Positions 12,501-23,206 of a stretch of DNA of 64,000 bases are shown here, piece by piece. The DNA lies in the NCBI RefSeq assembly GCF_006345805.1, contig NC_043011.1:496001-560000 (forward strand), read 5' to 3'. A program made the translations under genes and the position numbers. This stretch comes from Octopus sinensis. Lineage: Eukaryota. A model generated the notes under the pieces. The model was not told where the DNA came from, did no database searches, and worked only from the letters and a program-made list of their open reading frames with translations. Position 1 is the first letter of the stretch. Each line of letters begins with the position of its first letter.

Positions 12501-15500
12501 ATGGCAAATCTTAGAATCGGTTGCTTAAATGTGAGAGGCCTCGGGTCACCTTGGAAACAGGGTCACCTGTTAAACGACCTGAGGTTTCATGATGTGGATG
12601 TAGCAGCCATCAGTGAAACCAGGCTCTCCGACCCGCAGGAACTCGCAGCCCTTTTCGGCGGATACGAGATATTTCTATCTCCGTGTCGGTGGTGGTACTG
12701 CGGTGTTGTTTCGGAAGGGCCTGGACCTGAAAATAAGGACAGTCTTCTTGGATCCGGAAGGTAAGTTGGTGGTCCTCGACGTCGACGGTAGTGACGGCGG
12801 TGCTTTCAGACTGCTGGCTGCCTACGCTCCGACAGGAGCAGGGCAGTCGGATTATTTCAAACGTCTGGAAGTTTTCCTGGGAACGTCACGCACTCTAGTG
12901 CTAGTTGGGGATTGGAACGCTGTCTTAGACGAACGTTTCGATCGGGTGGGCAGGGGAGCGTCTGATAGGAGAGGGGGAGGGTGCAAGAGCCTCGCCAACC
13001 TACTCGGCCGCTTTCAGCTGTCCGACAGGTTTCGACTAGACAACCCGAATGTGCCAATGTGGACTTGGACAAACCGCATCGGGTCGTCTAGATCGTACTT
13101 AGATAGAGTGTTTTGTAGGCCAGCGGATAAGGACAGCGTAGGGTGTCCACAATTCCACCTAGTCGAATATACAGACCACAAATTAGTGATCTGTACGGTC
13201 GACTTAGATAGGCTACATAGACAGGGACCCGGCTACTGGAAGCTGAACGCGTCGTTAACGGCGTGCAAAGCTTACAGAGACCGGATTAGTTTACTAGTTA
13301 AGCGGGCGCTCACGGGGGCGATCATCAACAACAACTGGTGGTTTGCCCTCAAGAGAGCAATTAGAGTAGAGTCGATTAGGTATAGTAAGACTCTAGCTAT
13401 TGAACGTAGGAAGAGAGAGCGGGATTTAGTTAAGAAACTAGACGAGGCTCTTGACACTGGCATCGCGACCGACGTGTTGGCGGCAAGGTTGGCCCTCGAC
13501 CAACACTTCGACGCCAAACACGAAGGCTGCGTTGTCAGAGCTAAGGCACGTTCGCTAAGCGGGGAGGGGACTAGAGCCGCTCGATGGGCCCGCGTGGCGG
13601 AGGCGAAGCGAGGCAACAGAGCAACCATTCGGTCTTTGGTGGACCAGAACGGGCGCGAGGTTACCGAACCGAAGCAGATGTGTACGGTGCTTCAGCGGCA
13701 CTTTGCTCAACTGTTTGGGACGAGCGGTGGAACGGACACCAACGGTACAGACTTCGGTGTGTACCTGGACGGCCTACCGCAACTCTCGGACAGCGAGGCA
13801 GAGTGCTGCGAAGGACCGGTATCTCCCTGGGAAGTACAGGAAGCGATGAAGAGTTGCACGAGAGGTAGATCGCCGGGTTTGGATGGTCTGCCCTACGAGC
13901 TTTACTTTTCAATGCCAGACTTGTTTGCGGACCTGTTGGCAAACGTCTACTGCAACTGACAGCAAAACGGGAGAATTCCTGCTTTTGTCTGTCGAGGGGT
14001 GGTGGCTTTGCTAAAGAAGGACCCAAACAAGGGGGACGTTATAGGGAATTTCCGGCCCATCACTCTGCTCAATGCAGAGTTGAAGATTTTGGCCAAGGTG
14101 CTAGCCAAGAGATTGGCGCTTGTCGTGGACAAGCTGGTCGGCAAGACGCAGACATGCGCCGTGCCGACCAGGTCGATACACGACAACCTCCATCTCATGC
14201 GCTACATCATAGAGAGGGTGGGTAACGACGCTGGCGCGGGTGGGGCTTTGATCAACTTGGACCAGAGTAAAGCCTTCGATAGGGTCGACCATCGGTACCT
14301 GGCAGATGTCCTCAAGGCAGCCGGCTTCGGTCCAGTCTTCCGCGGGTGGATAGCTGCTTTATACAACAACATCTGCTCGGTGATACGGGTGAACGGTCAC
14401 CTTTCGGAACCGTTCGACATCTCGCGTTCGGTCCGCCAAGGATGCCCTCTCTCCTCCCTCTTGTACATTTTGACTCTCGAGCCATTACTGCGCAAGTTGG
14501 AGGCTTTGAGGGGTATCCCGCGCGATCTAGGAGGCGGAAACAGCGTGTCTGCTTATGCCGACGACGTCACCGTGGTGGTGTCGAGCCACAGGCACATTGG
14601 CCTGATTGGCGAGACGCTAAACCAGTACGAAGCGGTGACAGGAGCAAAGATTAACGCGGAAAAGTTTGTGGGCTTGCAACTGGGCACCTGGAGAGGCAAG
14701 CCCATGCCGTCCAACAGCGTCGTAGGGCGCTGGACAGACGGACCCGTTAAACTGCTCGGGGTCTGGTTCGGTCCGGACCTCCAGGTGGATAAGAACTTGG
14801 AAGAGGTGACGAGCAGGGTGGCACGTCTCACCCAGAAATGGGCCGAGAGGAAGCTGTCCCTGAAAGGTCGAGCGGAGGTGGCGAATGCGTACATCGCATC
14901 CGTCATCTATTACCGCTTGACCGTCGTCCCTTTTCCCGACCGCTGGTTGGCCAAGCTGGTACGCCTGCTCTTCGACTTTTTGTGGAAGGGTCAGGTGCCA
15001 CTGGTCAGGCGATCCATCTGCTGTCAACGACCGCTGAACGGAGGCCTTGGAATGCCGTGGTTGCTGTTGCGCAGACATGCGCTCAGGCTGCGGCATCTCA
15101 AGCGCTTCCTAGACGGTGAACAGGTGTGGTCGTCTTTTGTCAGACGCGATTTTCCGCAGCTCGTCTCTTTGACGGAGCTGCAGACCTGGATCAAACGTAG
15201 ACCGAGAAAGGGCGCTTGGCACCTCGAGTGCCGTCAAGCCCTCTCCGCCCTCCGCCAGGCGGGCAATGCGATCGGTTACAGCTCCACTCTAGCGTTCTAT
15301 AGAGGGTTAGTGGAGGGAAAATGCGACGACGTTCTCGGGGAAACTCTAGGCGTTGAAGACGACGAACTGAGCGGTCTGTTCGGGAGGACTTTCGGGCCGG
15401 GTCCGATGGATAATTTCCAGAGGTCTCTCGCCTGGCAGTGCTACCGAAGGGCTCTGCCTGTTCGAGATAAACTCTACCGGCACGGAAGTGCCGTCAGCCG

Positions 15501-15921
15501 AGCCTGCCCGAGGTGTTGCCAGGACGACGAAACCGTTCTGCACGCACTCGTCCAGTGCCCAAGTATTGCTGAAATATGGGTTTATGTCGAACAGCTACTG
15601 TCACGTGTAGGACGGATCCGACTATCGGCCGAATCCATTGTGAAGATTGCCCCACCGACCTCCTTTAACAAGGAGGGAGAGGCCGTTTTCTTGTGCCTAG
15701 TGGCTGTGGCGAAAGAAGTCGTGTGGTGGACTCGTTTGAAAGGGCTAAAGTCAGACACTTTCCTCTTTGGTCAAGGCCTCATCAACTTTTTCAAGTTTCA
15801 CTTGAAAAGGAAGATGAGGTTAGAGAGGAAAGTGCTGTCCGATAGCAAGTTTTATGAAAGGTGGGTGAATTGTGCGAGACTGGCCAGTATAAATGGACCA
15901 GTTCTCAGGTTTCGCCTGTAA
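12501..15921 (+). pseudogene. LINE ORF2: apurinic endonuclease + reverse transcriptase, disrupted
   Basis: CLNVRGL, ISET, GDWN, SYLDR, TDH (APE); SPGLDG, RPITLLN, DQSKAFDRV, RQGCPLS, YADD (RT); frameshift ~12680 and TGA at 13957-13959. Confidence 0.93.
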
Positions 15922-16197
15922 TTTCAAAAAGGCAATGTAAAAGGAGAAAAAAGGGACTCTCTACACCCCTTTTTTTGACCAGGCTCCCGTTGGCTTTTGT
16001 TGGGTTTTTTCCACCAGGAACCTTTCGAAACGTCTCCCCCTTTTGGGAGTTTTTCATTGTTGAATTTTTTACATTGTTATAAAGATTTTTACTCGATGTT
16101 TTTCAAAAACGGACAAAACCCTTTGTAACCTTTCGTCCTGTTTTGTCCCTTTATGTAATCATGCGTGTCAGTCCTTGTGGCCAATAAAAAAGAATTG

Positions 16198-16286
<89 letters not shown>

Positions 16287-17195
16287 CAGTAGTAGTAGTA
16301 GTAGTAGTAATACTAATAGTAGTAACATTTAAGCCCGTGGCTAATAATAGATGTATTTGTCATTGTTAATGTGAGTTCAGAACACTGTATAGTGATGGAA
16401 AACGTTAAGTGTATTCTATATTTTTCTAAGTTCAAGACGGTTATATATTTCCTCATGTGTATTATGAATGCATTAATATTTTGTGACTGTAGTTTTTATT
16501 GCAGCTTTCTCCATTTCCATATCCGTATTTAACAATACAGAGACGATACTGTCACTCAAGCAGGCATCATAGAGCGCATTTAAAGAAAGAACATATCAGT
16601 GGTTCACAAATATGCTATCTCCTCCTTTTGTCTCTTCTACTTATACTACAGTGGCCACTACTCTTCAAACGCAACTTGTATCGTGACACCACAGCAGTTG
16701 TGAATTTATTCCTTCTCAGAAAAACGTCTCTCTGATAGTCCTTCTTTATATTTCTTTTTCTAATGATTTGTAGGTACGTGGTATTTCGTCATGCAACAAT
16801 ACTATACTATAAAGTATAATAAACATTTTTATAAGTCAACGCTGCATTCTACTGTGTTAGGAGTGCGCTTCTACATTACTTGTTGAGGTTATTTCTACAG
16901 ATATTCTAAAGAAATTATAGCCAGAACTAATTTTTGCTACTACGTTTCGTATACGAGACGTCAGATCTAAACAAACAATGAGGTCGAAAACGAAAAATGG
17001 CTAATGGGCGTATATGCCATATTTTGTTGGGGTTTTGTTCCTTCATCAGCACCCATCTAATTCATTAATCATTCACGAAGACATTGCTTAAATAACCACT
17101 ATATATATAGCGGTATATAGTTATTGGATATACCAATTCTGCATATTAAACGCATTTCTGGAAGCTGGTGCGTAAATACTAATGACTTGTAGATA

Positions 17196-17421
17196 GAGGC
17201 ACATGGCCTAGTGGTTAGAGCAGCGGACTCGCGGTCGAGGGACGCGGGTTCGAATCTCAGACCGGGCGGTGTGTGTGTTTATGAACGAAACACCTAAACT
17301 CCACGCGGCTCCGGCAGAAGGTAATGGCGAACCTCTGCTGACTCTTTCGCCACAACTTTCTCTCACTCTTTCCGCCTGCATCTTGCAGCTCACCTGCGAC
17401 GGACCGGCGTCCCGTCCAGGT
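17196..17421 (+). mobile_element. SINE family A
   Basis: tRNA-like head with A/B boxes, then CTGCGACGGACCGGCGTCCCGTCCAGG (V-domain-like). Confidence 0.85.
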
Positions 17422-17743
17422 GCACAAACTTATGCACAAACTTCTACTGAAGCAACAAGCAGACAATGAAGGCAAATGAAGCCCTCACCAGAAAACTCGT
17501 TATGCTCAAAATAACAGCTAATGGTCTGGTACACAGAAATATGCTATTAAGACGACTTATCTGTTGCATACTATTTTCTCACTTTAAGTACATTCCCAGG
17601 TAAACGTTTCTCATAGAAACACCAGAAGCAAAACTAAGGAATATACACGCACAGTTAAATATAGAAGTGTAAAGTATAATTTGTTACATAATCTCTGTAA
17701 TAAACATGATACTGAATGGAATAATTCCTCTTTTGAACTTTTT

Positions 17744-17781
<38 letters not shown>

Positions 17782-17789
17782 TAGAAATC

Positions 17790-18040
17790 TACGGATACAC
17801 AAACACACAAAACAGAGAAAATTTAACAAATATGGCCGACTTGTTCAGAAAGACCTGCGAGTGGGGAATAGTACTCAAAAATAGCGCCCAGATGTTTTCC
17901 CGAAAAATTCCTATGTCCTCAGAATCTATATAGTCCGAGGTATATTTGTAGAGAATTTCGTTTAAAAATATTAAAAAATTGAAGCGGTCTCCGGTGAATT
18001 TTCCGAGATTCCCCACCCCAACCCCTCCTAAAACACTTTG
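17790..18040 (+). repeat. Dispersed repeat (unclassified), second copy at 28485-28750
   Basis: ACAAATATGGCCGACTTGTTCAG..GCGAGTGGG..CTCAAAAATAG shared between the two loci. Confidence 0.65.
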
Positions 18041-18461
18041 CGCGCACATGCACACATGTACACAAACAAGCAAAAGAGAACGCAGCTCTAATAACATAGT
18101 CAACATCCATTGGGAAGGTTGCAAAAGCAACGAAAATTTTGGACAAAAAATATAAATAATAAAGACATTAAGACAATATGACTCTCCCCAGACACGACAT
18201 AATTTGCTTCAACACACGAGTTCACATAAAGAATCTGTCAAACCAGATACAAAAACGATGTGACCGCGTGTGTACCGTTGGCGATTTTTTTCCTCCATCT
18301 TCCCCTCTCTGGATCTTTCCTTTTCCTTGTTTTTTGACGAAGAGCTCCGCTAGAAACGTTAAACCCTCCTTCTTCCCTTCCTTCCTGAGCGTCCAATAAT
18401 ACTATATTTGTTCCACGTCCTCGCGTTGTTGTGTTTTCTCTTTGGGTTTTCATGTTTGGAT

Positions 18462-18500
<39 letters not shown>

Positions 18501-18502
<2 letters not shown>

Positions 18503-18816
18503 CGAGGGAGATAAATTAATATTAATTTTAATATCAATTTAAAACCAGTAGTCTAGCATACAAAATATCTGAAAAATCAGAGAAAATTCTAGTACATGTG
18601 TATATTGACAGGGCAAGACTGCTAAGTAGTCAGCCGTATGCTAGAAATAGATCATCAACGATCAAACTTGTTTTATATAAATTTTCATCTGTCCTGCCCG
18701 CCAAATTTGGTTCTGGTGTTCGCTGAATTTTTCCTCTAGAGAAATTTCTTTGTAGTTTGATCGTTGATGATCTATTTCTAGCATACGGCTGACTACCTAG
18801 CAGTCTTGCCCTGTCA

Positions 18817-18824
<8 letters not shown>
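18501..18824. mobile_element. Foldback element inside (TA)n
   Basis: ~70-bp inverted arms 18599-18668 / 18754-18823; terminus AAAACCAGTAGTCTAGCATA related to 21738. Confidence 0.75.
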
Positions 18825-18867
<43 letters not shown>

Positions 18868-18870
<3 letters not shown>

Positions 18871-20018
18871 ATTATTATTATTATTAGAAACCAAATGAGA
18901 AGATGGAGATAAGATTAGCAAAAGTTTCTTGGTACGTCGACAAGACCAGACCTACAATTGTTTCAGTTCATCACTTACAGCATAAAATTCAACCAAATTT
19001 AATTTAATTTAACTAAATCAATTTAGTTAATTATTACAAATGAGAATATCTTCAAGGAAAGGTGTACAAAGAAATTTAACATATTTAAAACATAATGAAA
19101 GCATTAAAAAGGTCGAATGCAGAGTACCATTAAAGTTTAAAATATATACATTCATAAAAATAGATAGTTATAAAAAAACAGTCATAAATTAATATAAATA
19201 ATAATAATGGTAATGCCGACATTCCTATGCATTATTCATGATTTTGAATGAGTATGTCTGCATTATCATTATTACTCTTTTATTTGTTTCAGTCACTTGA
19301 CCGTGGCCATGCTGGAGCACCGCCTTTAGTCGATCGAGCAAATCGACCCCATGACTTATTCTTTTGTAAGCCGAGTACTTATTCTATCGGTCTCTTTTGC
19401 CGAACCGCTAAGTTACGGGGACGTAAACACACAAGCATCGGTTGTCAAGCGATGTTGGGGGGGACAAACACAGACACACAAACATATACACGCACATACA
19501 TATATATATAAACGCATATATACGACGGGCTTCTTTCAGGTTCCGTCTACCAAATCCACTCACAAGGCATTGGTCGGCCCGAGGCTATAGTAGAAGACAC
19601 TTGCCCAAGGTGCCCCGCAGTGGGACTGAATCCGGAACCATGTGGTTCGTAAGCAAGCTACTTACCACACAGCCACTCCTACGCCTATTATTTATTTTAA
19701 TTTATAACTATAACTATTCTTTCATAACTATCTGTTTTTACGAATGTATATATTTTTAACTTCAATGGTTCACTGTATTCTTCCTTTTTAATGCTTTCAT
19801 TATGTTTCAAATAAGTTAAATTTCTTTGTACGTTGTTCCCTGAAGATATTCTCACTAGTAGTAATTAACTAAATTGATTTAGTTAAATTAAATTAAATTT
19901 GGTTCATTTATGCTGCAAGTGATGAATTGAAACAATTGTAGGTCTGTCTTATCGATGTATTAATAAACTTTTGTTAATCTTATCTCCATCGTCTCTATTG
20001 GTTTCTAATAATAATAAT
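18868..20018. mobile_element. Foldback element (~330-bp arms) in (TAT)n, hammerhead motif in arms, interrupted by SINE B
   Basis: 18880-19190 is the reverse complement of 19700-20018; CTGAAGA..GAAACAATTGTA at 19840-19940. Confidence 0.8.
19275..19687 (-). mobile_element. SINE family B, full length
   Basis: Same sequence family as 3977-4387 and 45558-46005. Confidence 0.9.
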
Positions 20019-20112
20019 ATACATGTACGTGTCTATATCGTTAGGTATTCAAACAGTATAATCTTGGATATTTTTATCCTTCCGAGGTTTAAACCCTCAC
20101 CTGCACTTTGAC

Positions 20113-20154
<42 letters not shown>

Positions 20155-20199
20155 TCGTGTGTGTGTGTGTGTGTGTGTGCGTGTGTGTGTGTGTGCGTG

Positions 20200-20428
20200 T
20201 GTGTATTTGTTTTTGTGCCTATTTTTGTACGCCACCACCGCTTGACAATCGGTGTTGATGTTTTTACGTCCCCTTAAGTCAGCGGTCCGGCAAAAGAGAC
20301 CGGTAGAATAAATACAAGGCTTTAAAAAGAATAAGACCTAGGTCGATACATTCGACTAAAAACCTTCAGGGGGGGGGGCTCCAGCATGGCTGTAGTCAAA
20401 TGACTGGAACAAGTAAAAGAATAAAAGA
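20200..20428 (+). mobile_element. SINE family B, 3' half
   Basis: CGCTTGACAATCGG..CGGCAAAAGAGACC..CTCCAGCATGGCTGTAGTCAAATGACTG. Confidence 0.75.
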
Positions 20429-20798
20429 AGAGAATATATTAAATTCGTTTATGGTAACGTTACGGGGATGCAAATAAAGCTCCTATTTCATTATGCCGGT
20501 TACTGACTAGTGAGTCAGTTTTTCGGGGTTGCACCATGGTTATACCGATGAAATACCCACACAGCTAGATTGGTCTTCATACATTGTGGGTGTATCACAT
20601 CCCTCTGTGATACACCCACTAATGCAGTATCGCCTGCTGAAATGAATTAATGATGATGATCAACCGGATGCCCCAGAATAATACGAACTATACGAAGGAT
20701 ACGGACTCTGATGTTAAAGTCATATGACTTGTGGAAACGCGTGTGACGAGGTATTAAATAATTATAAATTTCCTTCTGAAATTATTGTTACACACACA

Positions 20799-20872
<74 letters not shown>

Positions 20873-20875
<3 letters not shown>

Positions 20876-21609
20876 CAACAATCAAGGAACGGCCATAATA
20901 GGAACGGCCAAAATTTTCTCCTGTTTACGGAATTGATCTTTATTTGCGGTTGAAGCTTTGGCTGTTATTTCTAGTGGGTGAATGGCCTATTATGGCCGTT
21001 CCTTGATTGTTGATGTTGAACTTAAAAATGGTCTACGACTATTTAATTTTTTCCCACTAGGCCGCTGGTGGCAAAAAGAATTCTACAAAATTTTTTTCAC
21101 CACCCTATATTGATTAATTATGAATTTTCTGGTTAATTCCGTAATGGAATCGACGGCTTATATTTATTTGCTGCCGATAAATTTGGCGCGAGTGCGACGA
21201 TTTGAAAATTTTAGGTCAGATATTGCCTTGGCAGGGTCGGAAATGCCTCGTGAAAATATCTGTTCCGACTTGGCTATTTCTTGCTGAAGAATCTGAGGGC
21301 CTATGGAAGATTGGCTTGATTTAATTTAATCAGGTTAGTTTACCATTAAACAGCAGACGAAACGGTGCATCGTACAAGAAATTACAGGGTAAATGTTTTT
21401 TTTTAAAATTTTCTCCTGTTTACGGAATTGATCTTTATTTGCGGTTGAAGCTTTGGCTGTTATTTCTAGTGGGTGAATGGCCTATTATGGCCGTTCCTTG
21501 ATTGTTGATGTTGAACTTAAAAATGGTCTACGACTATTTAATTTTTTCCCACTAGGCCGCTGGTGGCAAAAAGAATTCTACAAAATTTTTTTCACCACCC
21601 TATATTGAT

Positions 21610-21612
<3 letters not shown>
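20873..21612 (+). mobile_element. Non-autonomous PLE-like element: short inverted 5' piece + ~205-bp direct repeats + hammerhead
   Basis: 20910-21117 = 21406-21612; 20874-20901 is inverted at 20987-21015; flanked by (TA)n on both sides. Confidence 0.8.
21276..21382 (+). ncRNA. Type I hammerhead ribozyme motif
   Basis: ATTTCTTG-CTGAAGA-(A)TCTG..CAGA(C)-GAAA-CGGTGCATCG-TA-CAAGAAAT: 8-bp stem I, conserved core, near-palindromic stem III, GUA cleavage triplet. Confidence 0.75.
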
Positions 21613-21691
<79 letters not shown>

Positions 21692-21701
21692 TATATATAT
21701 A

Positions 21702-22645
21702 TAATTAAATAAGGGTAGAAATGGATATTAATCAATCAAAACCAGTAGCTTAGCATATTTTTAAAAAATCCGAAAATTAAAAATTGTGTTACATACAAAA
21801 TTAAGAGGAATGACCACTAAAGTAGACACCTAATATGCTAAACATAGACGTCAAGAGTATGTTCTTAAGAAAAATCTTAGCAAAACGGCAAAATGTAAAA
21901 ATGAGCAAGGCAAATGAAAATATATGAAATACAAAACGATTACCCACGTACCATGGTTTCACTTGTTAATATCTACGTATGCAAACATGCAGATATCTGG
22001 AAGATCATCAGCATAATCTGTCGCTTACAAAACAAAATTTCCAGAACTAGATACAGAATGCTCAACAGAAATCGAGCATGTATTAAGTTCTACATGTAAT
22101 ATTGGGTGTATTTTTCGAATGTCTTCACTTTGGCGCGCAGAGGCCAGAAATTACTCTGCAGTTAATAAAGTTCAGCAGCCAATTTACCGGTTAGAGATTT
22201 TTTTTATTTAAAATTAAATAATAAGGGTAGAAATTGATATTTAGTGGTTTAGCATATTTAAAAGTCCGAAGATTAAAAATTGTGTTACATATAAAATTAT
22301 TTGAAAAATACACCCAAATATAAATTGTAGAACTTAATACATGCTCGCCTTCTGTTGAGTGTTCTATATCTAGTTCTGGAAATTGTTTTGTAAGCGACAG
22401 ACAACGCTGACGATCTGGCAGATATCTGCGTGTTTGCATGCGTAGATATTAACAAGTGAAACCATGGTACGTAAGTAATCGTTTTTTATTTCATATATTT
22501 TCATTTGTCTAGCTCATTTTTACATTTTGGCGTTTTGCTGAGATTTTTCTTAAGAACACACTCTTCGTGGTAATGGCGATTTGACGTCTATGTTTAACAT
22601 ATTAGGTGTCCACTTTAGTGGTCATTCCTCTTAATTTTGTATATA
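21702..22645. mobile_element. Foldback PLE-like element with a hammerhead in each arm
   Basis: 21793-22110 inverted at 22305-22645; terminus 21703-21800 repeated at 22210-22300; (TA)n on both sides. Confidence 0.8.
22404..22472 (+). ncRNA. Type I hammerhead ribozyme motif (mirror copy on - strand at ~21946-22015)
   Basis: ACG-CTGACGA-long hairpin (ATATCTGCGTG..CATGCGTAGATAT)-GAAA-CCATGG-TA-CGT; mirror arm has CTGATGA. Confidence 0.7.
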
Positions 22646-22955
22646 TATATATATATTGATGAGGAAAACGGAAAATGGATTTGGTACGTATACATACATA
22701 CATACATACAAGTACTACATATCCATACATACATACACATGCACTTATATATGCATATATATTAGGAAATGTATTCATATGTATATGTATGATGTATGTG
22801 TGTGTGGATGTGGACGTGCGTACCTGTAGGTAAAAAGATATATGTAGATATGATAGTGAAAGTACTTGTATATGTGTTCATCCACTATGATACGCATGTA
22901 TCTCTGTTTGCATCAGTGTGGTGGGATGTGAATGAGTGTGTCTCAGAACGAGTGC

Positions 22956-23019
<64 letters not shown>

Positions 23020-23206
23020 TTGGAATTTGACTGAGGAAATCCCTTCAAGTATGAGAAAACACAAAACACTGAACCTCTGAATTGTGACATCAGGACACTA
23101 ACACACAAGAAAAAAGACTACAAGCAGATTCGCAGACGCATGTGCATACAACAAAGTTATATGTACTGAAATAAGACACGGTCTATTCAGATACGTTATT
23201 AGTGAG

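Larger units (their letters stand above)
10417..16197 (+). mobile_element. Near full-length Tx1/L1-clade non-LTR retrotransposon
   Basis: 5'UTR, ORF1, ORF2 (APE endonuclease, RT, zinc-binding domain), 3'UTR with AATAAA and (ATT)n tail. Confidence 0.93.

Noticed and set aside
13957-13959. In-frame TGA in LINE ORF2 as selenocysteine or readthrough
   Set aside because: Context CN*QQNG is best explained by a TGG-to-TGA mutation; the element has other disabling frameshifts
16940-17055. Minus-strand CTGATGA...GAAACGTA hammerhead candidate
   Set aside because: Core halves ~100 nt apart with no convincing stem I or stem II pairing by eye
17196-17280. tRNA genes (also 110-190, 58283-58360)
   Set aside because: tRNA-like heads continue into shared SINE bodies and no complete cloverleaf is evident
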